From assembly GCA_965649765.1 (NCBI GenBank), contig OZ287749.1, positions 5,828,001 through 5,892,000 on the forward strand: 64,000 nt of DNA. The letters are read 5' to 3'. The first letter of the stretch is position 1; each line of letters starts with the position of its first letter. The notes under the pieces were generated by a model. It saw nothing but the letters and a program-made list of their open reading frames with translations. It did no database searches and was not told where the DNA came from. The stretch is from Bispira polyomma. Lineage: Eukaryota. The translations under genes were made by a program, and so were the position numbers. Below are positions 42,078-55,066 of this stretch, piece by piece.

Positions 42078-42717
42078 TAACAAAACACTAGTTTAGTCAG
42101 GAGAAAAAGTATGTGGTCAAAGAATCTAGGTGAAACCAGTGCAGGCAGTTCATATATGTGTATCAGCACACCACAAACAGTACAGCGTATCCTAAAACTG
42201 CACATTTATACTCAATATGATATCCTATATGCTATCAAAAGTGCTGATTGTGTCCCTTGGACTGTATTCGGTGAGTTTAATGGATAACAATGGACTCTTT
42301 CAAGGTTGGTGCTGACCCTTTTCTGTCCCTTGATTTTGGAAATTGGATTACTGTCTTTTGTGCTGGTGCGCCTTAGAGTCCCCTTTGTTAAGGGGAGATT
42401 AAGCGCTATAAAAGTCTAATTACATTACATTACATAACGATGTTTCCATACCTAAAGTAATGGGGCACTCAGTGGTGTAGTAATTACATACTCACTTCCA
42501 CCTCTGTCATTATGTGTTTCAATGTCAGTAGACTTGTTGAATACTGGTGGTTTTGCAGCACAGAAAACCTTGACTAAGTACCTTGTTCTGGTGTTTCCTC
42601 AACCATTTTGAAATGCAGATTACAGTATGACAAAAATGTCCTGGAAAGGCAACATTAAACACAAGCATAAACTAAAATGTCACATCAAAAGTGAGGTGTT
42701 TGTTTTGGTCATTCCAG

Positions 42718-42831
42718 AACTGTGCTCCTGGAGACCAGACAGTAAGCAGTGTTATCCAGGGAACTGTACAGATGGCACTCCAGACAGTTGTGACTGTGCT
42801 CCGGACTTTGGTGGAACTGACTGTAAATTAA
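42718..42831 (+). CDS. Gene B exon 6: EGF-like domain
   Basis: ttccag|; LCSWRPDSKQCYPGNCTDGTPDSCDCAPDFGGTDCKL; |gtgagt; phase 1-1. Confidence 0.9.
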   Translation, partial: NCAPGDQTVSSVIQGTVQMALQTVVTVLRTLVELTVN

Positions 42832-42965
42832 GTGAGTGATACTGCAGTAACAATGTCCTTTATAATGTACAGTCTATGTATTTGTAATTTAACATACTGC
42901 AGAAACCTCAGTAATCTGAACATGTTGGGAGAGCAAATATTTTGTTTAGATAATAGGATATTTAA

Positions 42966-43824
42966 GGCTTTAGTAACGTAAACACACATATGCCCAGCCC
43001 GTATATGTATACTTTACTTGCGAAAATATTTTAACCATAAGTACCCACTATGGCAGCCTTAAAATAGGTCTTTAGTGACAGGTTTAAGCAGTTTTACATG
43101 CAAATACTATTTAAAAGCTCACTATTTTGTTAAAAAGTGGTTAAAACACACATATAACAATTCTTGTATTGTGACGTCACACAATTTAAAATTTATGGTC
43201 GAACGTCATATTTGTAAACAATTCTCGCAGAGAGCCCCTTCTATTGTGACACAATACGAGTATTGATACAGCATATATGAAGATATTATATAAGCTACAC
43301 AACTTTAAAAAAACATTTATATTATTTTGAATGAATTAAATTTTTAAATATGTCTCCTTATGTTATAAACGAAGAATACAAAGTATCTTTCTATTTTCCC
43401 CGTTTTTGTGCTTTCTATTATCCCCGTTTTTGTGCTTTTATCAAAAAACTAATTCATTCGAAATATTGCTGATGTTTTCCTTTTTCTAGTAATATACAAT
43501 ACTTCAGTATTGATCCCTTTTTAGTAAATGAATTGTGTCACGATTGTGAACCATGTACTTTAAAAATATTAGCCATTTTTGGTAAAATTTTACACACTGC
43601 TACATGTGTTGTATGTCTCAAGATACCCATTAAAATGATATGTTAAATATATGAATTAGTGTATAATTAAAATATATGTCATTCTTTATCATTTCTACTT
43701 ATGTAAATGTAAATATGTTATCCATAAATCTAGTTTAAGGCCACGGTTGTGCAGTTTCTGAGAAGCTCAAACACACATAACGTGGTTATCGGCGATCGTT
43801 TTTTGTGTTTACGTTACTAAAGCC
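42966..43824. mobile_element. Non-autonomous DNA transposon, 21-bp perfect TIRs, TTAA TSD (Kolobok-like GG..CC termini)
   Basis: TTAA-GGCTTTAGTAACGTAAACACA ... TGTGTTTACGTTACTAAAGCC-TTAA; paralogous empty site with one TTAA at 57917-57920. Confidence 0.93.
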
Positions 43825-44649
43825 TTAAGAAATACAAGAGATATATTTTAGTGTGAAAGTGATAAAAAAATCTAAATTTTGGATGAGAGTGAAAATGTGT
43901 CCATCAAATCAAATATTCAGAAAAGCAAATGTTTGGATGATTGAGGTTCCACTAGAATTCGAAATAGAAACCTGACAATAAGCAAATATTTTTACACTTC
44001 CAAATTTATGACAGCACTACACATATTTGCTATGAATTCTGGTAAATTGTCAGCCTCTGGTCGATTCAATTAATACATTAGATAACTGGAAATTTTGTTT
44101 TTATTTTGAATTTCTTGCATTTCTGAACATTCAGATATCAAATTTAGAAGACACCTGTAGGCTATTGTTCTAATTATTATGTATTAAATAGTAAGGTACT
44201 GCATGTTGAAAAGATACACATTTTGTGAAAATTGCAACACAAATTGACCGTTGTATACAACATAAGGGGACGAGGTGCTTTACCCATAATGCATCGCACC
44301 CAGTGACCCATTGACCATAAACATAAGTCGGTAAACATGGCCAACTATTCTAGGGGAGAGAGATACTGAAGTAACAAGAAAACTGTCTCTCACTTACAGT
44401 TCCTAGTGTCTGTATACTAATGTACATATACTGGCACATTTTAAAACAAACAAAGAGCTATGTTATGAAATTATTTCTCTTAAATACCGTATTTTAACTT
44501 TTTGCTTTTCCAACATATTCAACTTGTTCTCTTTCAGGTAAAAGACTCTTATTACTACACAATGTGCAAAAGGATATGTTTCTTAAAAAAAAATTTTAGT
44601 CACTATTACACAAGATATTTGGTTACATTTTTCTGTTGTATTTTTCCAG

Positions 44650-44780
44650 TCACTACCACACCAGATATCGCTTCATGCTTGGCCACTATAACAGACAGTG
44701 ATGATGAGGTAGCTGAAGTCAACTGTGAAGACGTAAACAGGGTAACAAAGTATACCAACATCATGGCCAGCAAACTAAAA
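44650..44780 (+). CDS. Gene B exon 7
   Basis: tttttccag|; TTTPDIASCLATITDSDDEVAEVNCEDVNRVTKYTNIMASKLK; |gtgaga; phase 1-0. Confidence 0.85.
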
Positions 44781-45984
44781 GTGAGATTGCTCTTATATCA
44801 AGTTTCTGTATGACTTTTCCTGTTAATAACCTTTCCCTTGTTTTAGATTTAGCACCTTAAGTGGGTGTTCCACTTTGGTTTTTTGGTGCCCGACATTCCT
44901 AATTTGAGGTCTAGGGCATGTCCGTATAGGTCCAGGGGAAAAAACGGGGTGGTCGCGGTGGTCGGGAAGAATATCAATTATGTTTGATTTTTTCTAAAAG
45001 TACCCTGACTTACCTACCCGACCTCTAAAAACAGGAAGGTCAGCATTCCCCAAATAAGTTCGATCTTATTGTCAACAAGTTTTGTCTGATAGGTCTTATC
45101 TCACGCAAGGCCTGTCCTAACACTGGCTCGTTAGAACTTATAGGTTGGGGGTGAAAACAACGCAAACAAGGATGGTCTAGAAGGATATAAGATCATTTTG
45201 TCAGTCATTTTGCCATAACAGTCCCGACTTTGAGTTTTAGACATTCGATCCTGATGGTCAGGAATATGGATCTATCACATCATATTGGTGATATGTTCGA
45301 TCCTAGGGCAATACGTCAGATCCTATCACCAGTAAGTTCGATCCTAATCAGGGTAGGGGATGTTGAGGCGGTTAAATACAGATTTTAAGTTGATTGTGGT
45401 CGGTGTCCCATCAAAACGGGACGTAATCAGTTCGATCTCAAAATACCCACTTTAGAGGATGTATATAATCTAAATCTGGTACTTTAGAAATCCTTAAAAT
45501 ATTACATAATTCCATCAAAATGGGACGTAATCAGTTCGATCTCAAAATACCCACTTTAGAGGATGTATATAATCTAAATCTGGTACCTTAGAAATCCTTA
45601 AAATATTACATAGTTCCATTAATATAGTTTGTTGAAAGGGAAGTGGGGGGGGTGAGTTTCGACGATTTGTTTCATACACAGATAAAATTTACAAACAATT
45701 ACGGAAAAGTTTTAACCTATTATTTAAATCTCTACAATTACTAAAGATAATGGAACAGTTTCATGTTTTTGGCTTCATTATTTAAACTTATATCCAATAT
45801 TAGATATTTTAAAATATTTGTTCAGTACTTTTGAACTTTTATACATTTTGATCAAACTACGACTAGTTGGCACTTAAAATTGATTTGCAGCAGCAAATAA
45901 TTTAGTTCCCTACAAACCAGACAGTGATTAGAATATCTATATATTTTTGCTGGATAATAATGCTTAAAGTTTTTGAATACATAG

Positions 45985-46117
45985 GTTGACTGGGTCACAC
46001 AATATCAGGGACCAGCAGGGACAGGAGCAGGTGGATCCACATTTCCCTATCACTATTATGTCCAAGACTATGATGTGGGGGTGGTGTCTGCCACGGTGGA
46101 CTGGACCATATCGAGGG
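45985..46117 (+). CDS. Gene B exon 8
   Basis: catag|; VDWVTQYQGPAGTGAGGSTFPYHYYVQDYDVGVVSATVDWTISR; |gtatgg; phase 0-1; absent from the ORF track. Confidence 0.85.
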
Positions 46118-47832
46118 GTATGGCATTGCATTTTTGATGTTGTGATGTGAGTTGTTGATGTGAGTCATCTTCTAAAGCACAACAGCAGTATCAATTAACC
46201 TAACAAGGATGTGTACCGGGAAGGAATTAAGAGGACCAGGCGAGTTTCTGGTGATATAAGCCCTACTTATTTTAGACTATTCCATAACATAGATGCAGGA
46301 ATTAAGAGAAACAGAAAGTCTCTTTGCTGGCTTAAGGTAACTGACGGGAAGATGGTGAGAAGGTCGATTTGACTTTTACTGAATATTGCATTTTAAAGGC
46401 AGAGTGAGCAGTACTGCTATGCATTAAAGGAAATTCAAGGGAAATAGAGTCGTAATACTCGAAAACATGAACATCATAATGGCCTGATGAAATTTTTTTG
46501 AACAAATAATTCGTTATTTCTGCCAATTTGCTGCTCTGCTTTTGGTGGTGCTGAAAGAAATGGGAATGATGTACTAATATAATCAGGGAGGTCATGCAAT
46601 GAGAATGACAATGTCAATTTAAGACATTGGTAATGTAGTGATACCTGCTTCAGAGGGCACCTATATAGAGAGACCACTTATCTATAAAGACCACGCTTTC
46701 ATGTACCAAGACTAATAATACTCAACCTCTATATAAAGACCAACTGCCAATAAAGACAACTTCTGAGGGTTCCCTTGGGTGGTCTTTATATACATATTTC
46801 ATTGAGGCTTTCTTGCTGTATAGTATGAAGTCTGGGAATCTCTGAAACATTGAACTACCATGGCAATATCTGAAAGGGATTGAGTGATCTGTATATCAGA
46901 CCTAATGTCAATGCTGTGATAAATAAAATAATGGAAAAATGCTTATCTAATATTTATCTTAAAGTGGCAATAAGTACAGTTTGTGGGGAATTAACTTATT
47001 GAAAAAGGGCCAAGTTCGTTCAAAGCTATTAACCTGTCAACGACCCTGTTTGTTGCGCACAGTTGACAACCGTTTTTGTTGCTATAAACCATGGTTTTTA
47101 TTGCTAGAAACCTTGTTTGCTGACAAATGGTGACACCTGTATATTGCAGTTTTTATATCACTAGGTTTGTGTGATATTGTGTAAATGATGGTGTCTACCA
47201 ATTATAGTGAGACTACTGTTTACAGGAGTGTCAACATTACATTTTGTATAATTTTCACTAAATCTGACAATGGTGACTAACAATAATACGACTGCTTCTG
47301 TGGTACTGTGAAATATTCCTCCATTAGTGGCAAAAAGGTTAAAACAACAAAAATAATATTCTAGCAAATTAATAATGATCAAGAATATGAAAACTGTATT
47401 ATTTGCATTTTTGTAATATTATGAATCTTTCGTTATGTTTGGATTGTAAAAGTATTGAGTTAGTCCTTGTAATTCTCATCACTGTGGTTGGAATCCAAAT
47501 GTTTTTGTTGCTTACTCTCTATCAACAGGACAATTAATGGCCTGGTGACCAATGCCATTGAGTAATTTCTGTCTGAGGAGTCGTCACACTTTACTATGTA
47601 TGTTTTATTTTTGTTTGCTAGGCTTAGGAAGTTGGGCTGGTGATCAGACAGTTGATTTGTCATTGCATGGTCTCCAGTTTGGTTACCACAAAAGCCGATA
47701 GGTTCATCCTTGGGGCAAATTGTGCACATGTCAAGGCCTACTGATGATGACTCAGCTTTATAGGGTATTGTATATCAACAGGTTGCTATGTAAAATTTTA
47801 AATATTGATAAAATGTCTTTATAATTCTACAG

Positions 47833-47965
47833 GAAACCCCATGTCTTTAATATCTAGTGGCAGTATTGGATGTAATGATGGGATCTCTCCAGACAGTCCT
47901 GACAAAGGTGCACGTAGTTGTAGGGATGAGGGAACACTGAGCCCGTCGGTGATCTCTGGAGACAT
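47833..47965 (+). CDS. Gene B exon 9
   Basis: ttctacag|; NPMSLISSGSIGCNDGISPDSPDKGARSCRDEGTLSPSVISGD; |gtatgt; phase 1-2. Confidence 0.85.
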
Positions 47966-48439
47966 GTATGTATATCACTGTTAGTCTGGTATTCACAAAG
48001 ATTTTTATTCTTTAATCTTTTTTGTTGAAACAAATTTGATTTGCTGAAATTTTATTTCAAAGAACGCGATTGACTGGGACAAAGACAATTGTAAGAATTG
48101 TATTTTAAATAATATGATTGGCTGGGATTAAGAAAATTCTAAGAATTTTATTTCAAGAATGTGGGTGAATATAGCACATTGGTACTTATTGTCTACATCA
48201 GCTAAGCTTTAAACTAAAATATTATATGCAAGTTATGGCTATGTGAAAGGCTTTTGTGTATGGAAAACCCTAAACTTGTCACCATGCATGTTTACCTAAG
48301 ATAAGAAGATTTTGCTGAGAAATAAATGTCATGTAATTTTACTTACTTCCATCGAGGCTTTTACAAATGCCTTCATTATTAGTTTGTTTTCTTAAAAAAA
48401 TAAAGCCAAAATTTATATGCATATTGGATTTGTTTACAG

Positions 48440-48653
48440 GTTGCATTTTTCTCCTAAGTCTACAAATGGCGGCAGACTACAGATCAAGAACCATGACAGT
48501 TCTGCCACTAACCCCACTATAGAGGATCAGTACTACTCGGGTAGCACTCTGACCCACACTGCTAGTTTTACATTTGACTTTGACCCTCCTTACCACTGCC
48601 TCGGCTCCTGTTCCACCAGTATGCTAGAGAGAGGGGATGCTTTTACCAAACAG
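48440..48653 (+). CDS. Gene B exon 10
   Basis: tttacag|; LHFSPKSTNGGRLQIKNH...FTFDFDPPYHCLGSCSTSMLERGDAFTKQ; |gtacta; phase 2-0. Confidence 0.88.
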
Positions 48654-49123
48654 GTACTAAACATTACACATTTTATATATAGCATTAATAAGGAGTGGTA
48701 TATGAAAAATCTTAATATCAGTCAAATAGATGAGGTAAAACATGATGAAAATGATGTAACTTTTCCCCAAATTGTGGTTTCATGTGGTTTAGTGATTCAA
48801 CCTTTTCGATCCTTAGGTTGTTAGTTATCTTAATGTGGCACTTCTTACCTATGTTTGTCAGTAAGCAGTTGACCCAATTACCCAAAATGGGACAACGTAG
48901 AGGTCAAAAGGTTTAACCCTAACTATGTAATCCAAGGATGTTATTCCAAAATGACCAGCATATAATAGTAAGTTGAACAAGGGAACCTCCAGAAATGAGA
49001 CCAAATCCTATTACCACCTTTTCCACCAAGGTTACATAGAGTCCATGTCTAAACAAAATAATTAATAAAATGTATAGTATATACTGTTAAACATACGACT
49101 ACAGATGTCTTCAATCCATTTAG

Positions 49124-49322
49124 ACAACCTTCAGTGTGAGCTGGGAAGGCTGGACAGATGCTATTGCGGGTGTGAAGATGTACCAGTATGAAGTCTACAA
49201 GTTTAAACATCTGGGAACCGGAGTCAGCGCCATGTTAGACTATAAAACAGAAACACCAGTTGTGTCTGAAAAAGTGAACAGCCTACCCTCTCCAGTCCCC
49301 AGTCTAACCCTGGCTGAACCAG
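49124..49322 (+). CDS. Gene B exon 11: FN3/Ig-like repeat
   Basis: catttag|; TTFSVSWEGWTDAIAGVKMYQYEVY... (W-x-G-W/F-x-D-x-x-S/A-G-I/V-x-x-Y motif); CAG|gtaaat; phase 0-1. Confidence 0.9.
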
Positions 49323-49526
49323 GTAAATGAAATCATTTCTATGATTACAAATTTTGATATGTCAATATTATAATGTCTCCTGTGTTAAACCCACCAACAG
49401 AGCTTTCTATATCACTGCTCTCATGATATGAAATAGTCTCCCAGTTGAGCTTAGATCACCATAGAAACACTTTTGTTAAGGTTGGAAGAAAAACTTAAAA
49501 CCTATCTCTTCCACTGACTTACCATC

Positions 49527-49845
49527 TTTGCTGACCTAATTTACTGTATCTTTAGGCATGTCCTGTATCCTACTCATTGTCTATAATGACACAAGTGATG
49601 ATGTTCTTTGCTGATCTTGTTTACTTTTCTTTAGGTATGTCCTGTATCCTACTCATTGTCTATAATGACACAAGTGACGATGTTTTTGCTGACCTTGTTT
49701 ACTTTTTCTTTAGGTATGTCCTGTATCCTACTCATCGTCTATGATGACACAAGTGATGATGTGCTTTGCTGATCTTGTTTACTTTTCTTTAGGTATGTAC
49801 TGTGTCCTACTCATTGTCTATGATGACACAAGTGATAATGTTCTT
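49527..49845 (+). repeat. 79-bp tandem repeat x4 spanning the exon 12 acceptor
   Basis: Acceptor AGs end at 49555, 49634, 49713, 49792. Confidence 0.93.
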
Positions 49846-49992
49846 CATTCCAACCACAGACTGGCCAGGCGCTTTAAACTTTTTGATGATTCTAGTCTAG
49901 TAGAGACCAGTGACCATATTGACCATCAGATGTTTGTAAACTCTGCAGCAGCCAATACGTCTTATGAGTGGATTACAACCCTAGATGAAGAG
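49793..49992 (+). CDS. Gene B exon 12
   Basis: Last of four repeated acceptors; MYCVLLIVYDDTSDNVLHSNHRLARRFKLFDDSS...WITTLDEE; |gtaaat; phase 1-0. Confidence 0.88.
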
Positions 49993-50984
49993 GTAAATAT
50001 AAAAGTGACTTCCTGTGTCAAGAATATATCAATAATTCTGAATGAAAAACAAAAACAAATATAAAAAGAACTGACAATTCGTAATAATTTAGGTGCTGTA
50101 TTTCCCATTTTTAGCCTTAACTTAGTCTTTATGCTTTAGATTTTAGTCATTGATTTTGTTCAAATATTTTGTTTATAGTTCCAGTAAGAGTACGCAAAGA
50201 TCTTCGCTTAGTGTTAACTTTGCTCTTAACACTAAAGAAGTAACAGTAGGCAGTCCTAAATACTTCAGACATAAATGTTAAGCCTAAGACTCAGACTATT
50301 TGCTAAAACAGCTTAAGTAGGACATAAAGTGTGGAAGTTTTTTCACCACCCTAACATGATCCTCTTAAATATGTACACATATTTTAAAACAAATAAACAT
50401 TTTGACAGTGTATACATTCCATGAAGGGTAAATTATGTGCTTACATGTAAGTATATGGTTGTTGTCCATTCTTTGAAGTATACATTCTTAAAGAAATCTT
50501 TCTTTTTGTCACTACTAATGTGACAGCACAACCTCTATTGTCTGACCATGTTGGGAGATTTAAGATTTTATCCTGATGTGCAGTACAGCAAGTACTCTTC
50601 GTGAAACAATAAAACAATAAAGGTAAAATTATTTGACTTATTCCAACAATCTTTCATGTTTTCCATAAACCAGACAACCATGTATTTTATTATATAATTG
50701 TAAAACATCAAAATAAAATACAAAATATGGAGTTTTATAAACCTTAGTAAGTTATGTCTTGGGTGTGGTAAATTTTGTCCTGGTACGTTTTGTCCGGGTA
50801 CATTTTGTCGCGGTATGTTTACCCAGGAAAACCAGTGGCCCCCCTTTGGTAAAATCTGCTAGATCTGCCACTGACTGTTGGTTCAGAAATTAAATATTAG
50901 GATATATGTTACTATATAGTTAAAAAACGTGTTCCTTATGTTTTACAAGCCCCTGTAAATAGCTCATATATTGTGTTTATTCAG

Positions 50985-51157
50985 GTTGCAGTTCAATGGA
51001 CTGACCATTTCTACAATGACTTCCATAGGACAAACTTCCTACTGAACGCTATAGCCCCACACTCGACAGAAATAGATGCAGACTATGAAGAGAGAACGGG
51101 ACAACCCCACGGGTTTAGATCAATGGAAGCAATCCCTAATGTGAACGGCATTGTCAG
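50985..51157 (+). CDS. Gene B exon 13
   Basis: tattcag|; VAVQWTDHFYNDFHRTNFLLNAI...AIPNVNGIV; AG|gtatgg; phase 0-2. Confidence 0.9.
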
Positions 51158-52135
51158 GTATGGATTTTCTAGCTACAGTGTCAGGAGGATTAAGACGTTA
51201 ATCTATAGCTAATGCTCTTTAGTTAGTTGTGTTTTTTACTAAAGTGAATGGTATTGCCAGAGGTCGATGTAACCAAAATAAGACAAGCTACCAAATTTCT
51301 TTGCAACATGTAGTCCGGCATACCACTTCACTTACTTTGTAATATTTTAGCAAATGTTTACATTAACTCCAACTAACACAGCAAATATTATTTTTAAACA
51401 GAATCAAAGACTGGAATCTAACTATATCAAGTCAAAACTGATTGCCGCTCACTTGTTTGAAACCAATAAACATTTTTAACACTACATGCCTAAATTTAGA
51501 TATGTGGGTGCATTAGTACTTTGATAGCCAGCAAAGATTGTCATAAGGTAGTGGTTACCATAATATCAAAACTTCAGTGTTGATGATAGCAATTATTTAC
51601 CTGCTTGCCAGTTCTGGCCTGTGTCAATTGTTGGTCAGTTGGTTGATTTGGTTGTTGTTGTTGATTTGTTTCTTTATCACCAGGATCACTGTATTTCATT
51701 TACAGTCGTCACAACAATTATTAATCCTTATTCGCACACAAAATATTATGTTACTCCCTTGAGATCTGTGTAACTACCTTTGTTCTATCAAACCAAAAAG
51801 AAGCACCCCAATTTACTAGCACAAGCTCAAATGAAGAAGTTTTAATTAAAACCAAGTACAATTAATACAGTTTTGGCATATTTATCTGGTATTTAAAGCT
51901 TAAGCTAACCTTTAACTTCTAACCAGCATCAGTTTACTACCATTATATATGTACCTACCTGTAACTGGTCGCCTCACGCTGGGATCTTAACCCAGTCCCT
52001 GGGTGTTTTATAAATAAGTGTGTTACCTACTAGACCACAGTGGAAGATGAAATAGTTTATATGAAACTTCTATTATCCGAACAATATGGTGCTCTCCCAG
52101 ATATGTTCAGATAATAGAGACTCTACTTCCTTTAG

Positions 52136-52223
52136 GTATGACCTCATGTATGCATCAGATCACGATGGAGGAAGAACAATGAGCTCCCCATCATTTACAT
52201 GGAAAACTCTGGAAAACTTTCAG
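52136..52223 (+). CDS. Gene B exon 14
   Basis: cttcctttag|; YDLMYASDHDGGRTMSSPSFTWKTLENFQ; |gtaagg; phase 2-0. Confidence 0.88.
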
Positions 52224-53247
52224 GTAAGGAATGTGAGGTGTGAGCAACATGCTTGATATGATCGATACTATGTGTTATACAATCTTTCACACTTTTAACC
52301 CTTTAATGCCTTTTGACCCAAAGAGAAAACCATTCCCGGGAACTGAAGGAAATGTTTTGGGTAATAAGTTACAGACAGCTAAAGTCACTAACTGAAACAC
52401 AACCCACATACTATTTCTGGCATTAAATAACAGCCTCAAGTGTAGTGTGCTGTACTAACACTTTAGGGGTAACATAGGGTCATAAGGGATAAGTAAAATT
52501 CTGTTAATCTGTCAAGAGTGTTAGAAATATGAGTAAATCGGGGATCCATTATTGTTCTAAATGGTGAATTTCTTGAGAAATAAATCACCATTTTTGTAAC
52601 TGTGTTATATAACATGACTCACACAGATGTTGTTCTGCATGACATATACATTGGTACATTGTGATGAGCCTTTCTAAGCCTTTTCTTAGTCATTTCAATG
52701 CCATGTACCTGTTGACATACATGATTTTGTCAGTTTGTCCGTTTACCAGTGTTTGTGACATTGGTCTGATTTATAAGAAGACTACTTCACATACAAGCAT
52801 AAACATGTGCTACTCTTTTCTGAATAAAATTCACAGGGCAGCATACATACTTAGCAACTTTGTGTATGATGAAACTCTTTCATGTGGAATATAAATACTG
52901 ACCTTTGTGCAATTACCTGCAATCATACTGACAATATTGTGCGCTATTTTGTCTATTGTACTGAGATGGCTTTGATTTTGGCCAAAATTGGAAATGTCTT
53001 CAGGGTAGTCTATATTATATATTTGGAGCTAATTCTCTGAGGTTTCAAATCAATACTTTATTTGCTTATATTTTTTTGCTAACGGCATACAAATTTGTCA
53101 CTGGGTGAAGTTAAACTTGTTTTAACTGTAAATTGCATAAAATTGAACAATATATTATATTGAACAATTCTGGTTTCATAAATAAGTGTATCTTAATATA
53201 CTCATACACACCACTGGTGTGGTTTGACTATTGGTTTTTTAACATAG

Positions 53248-53456
53248 AATGAAACAGAATCCAGAGTAATCTCTCGAATTGATGGGGATTCCATCAAGTT
53301 TTGGGTGAAAGCCTTCGATGTCCTGAATAACACATTGATTGATGAAGTCTTGGTTCATGTAGACTCTACTGCACCTCATATTGAGAATGTGGGGCTTGTG
53401 AGGGATGGTGAAAAACTATTAGTGGTGCACAGTACTGTGGATCTGTTTGATATGGC
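53248..53456 (+). CDS. Gene B exon 15
   Basis: aacatag|; NETESRVISRIDGDSIKFWVKAFDVLNNTLIDEVLVHVDSTAPHIENVGLVRDGEKLLVVHSTVDLFDM; |gtaagt; phase 0-2. Confidence 0.9.
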
Positions 53457-53730
53457 GTAAGTTTTATAGAGTGGTGTTTTATAGAGATTATATGACATTG
53501 TTTCTTACTGATTACTACTAGCTTTACGCAAAAAAGCTTATATTAATTTCTATTGTCAGAATATTTGATTTTATAAATGACATAGTCATAACTCCGTCTT
53601 ATGCTGAAGATTTTGGTCTTTGACTTCGGCCGAAAAGGTTAAGATTTTTGCTTCAATCTTAGTGACAGCAGTGTTTTAACTTTATGCTCAAACTAACAGT
53701 GGGCAGTCTTTAAATATTTTAAACATCAAT

Positions 53731-53920
53731 GTTAAGACTAAGTTAAGACCAAGTTAAGACCAAGTTAAGACTAAGTTAAGACTAAGTTAAGACCAAATTA
53801 AGACCAAGTTAAGACTAAGTTAAGACCAAGTTAAGACTAAGTTAAGACTAAGTTAAACTGAATTAAGACTAAGGTAAGACCAAGTTAAGACCAAGTTAAG
53901 ACTAAGGTAAAACTTAAGAC
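53731..53920. repeat. 11-bp tandem repeat (AAGTTAAGAC[C/T]) inside a common MITE-like family
   Basis: About 17 units followed by CTTTTGTGAA end motif also seen near 3550, 20090 and 22070. Confidence 0.85.
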
Positions 53921-53945
53921 CTTTTGTGAACACATCTATTTACAG

Positions 53946-54063
53946 GCTTGAGTTTGAAACTTATGACCATCACTCTGGAATGAAACAGATCAGCTGGGAA
54001 TTATTTGACATGGCAGACCTTACAGTGCATGGACAGGGGGCTGTGGCTGTAGTGAGGACTAAT
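53946..54063 (+). CDS. Gene B exon 16
   Basis: tttacag|; LEFETYDHHSGMKQISWELFDMADLTVHGQGAVAVVRTN; |gtaagt; phase 2-0. Confidence 0.9.
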
Positions 54064-55066
54064 GTAAGTACACACTACAACTTCTAATATACAGACATCA
54101 GTTATCTGAACATATTAGCTGACATATCAGACCTTACAGAGTATGGACAGGGGGATGTTGCCGTAGTGAGGACTAATGTAAGTACACACTACAACTTCTA
54201 ATTGAGTAACTTGTCAGTCCAAGAGTTTAAGGTCAGTCAACACATTAAAACAGAAACAAGATGTGAAGCATTTAAGCTTTAATATAAAACGACATATATG
54301 TAAACAATGTTGTTTCACTAAAATTGTAATAATATTCTTCTATTCTACCTACATAATAACAGGCACCTAATTACATATTACACTAATTTTTTAAGGACAG
54401 ATATAGACAATTAGGTCATAGAACCACATGTTACATATCCCCTTTATTAATACTAAGATTAAAATTAGTGCAACACCAAGTTACATAACTATTAAAACAC
54501 ATAAAAGAGGTATGACCTTGACATGACCACTAAGGTCAAGGGGGTCGAGTGTTAACTGTACAACTGAAAATTAACAGTTAACCAGTTGATATTGGCACGA
54601 ATGTAGTTATTAATTACTGATACTACATTTGTTTCACATTATGAATATGTACATATATACATAAATTATACATTAGTAGGAGAGGCCAAACCATAAGTAC
54701 ACGTTATAACCTCTAATTTAGTAACTTGTCATGATAAACACACATGTACATTGCAAAGTGTGTAGTATTTACAGATACACAAGGTATTGACACAGAGGTT
54801 TGACTGTTGCTTTTAATTAATATTGTAGAAAGAAAGTTCGTAAAAAGTTTACCATATAAAATATATATGAATCTTCAACAATATTGTGGTTTACATGTAT
54901 ATATGAAGTTGTAGTGGTTTCTACATATGATTTTAGCTTTAATTCTTGTCACTTGTTGTATGTTTACATTATTTGTTGTGACATATAATTTGTGTAATTA
55001 CTGTGAATATTCCTCTCCTTACACTAGATATCCTACTTGTATGATCCAAGACAATTACTGTATTAA

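Noticed and set aside
41588-42091. Cys/His-rich repeat ORF (CPDILCDAHSNQ)n resembling a metal-binding protein
   Set aside because: A 36-bp minisatellite open in several frames on both strands; no fitting splice sites; exons 5 and 6 join without it
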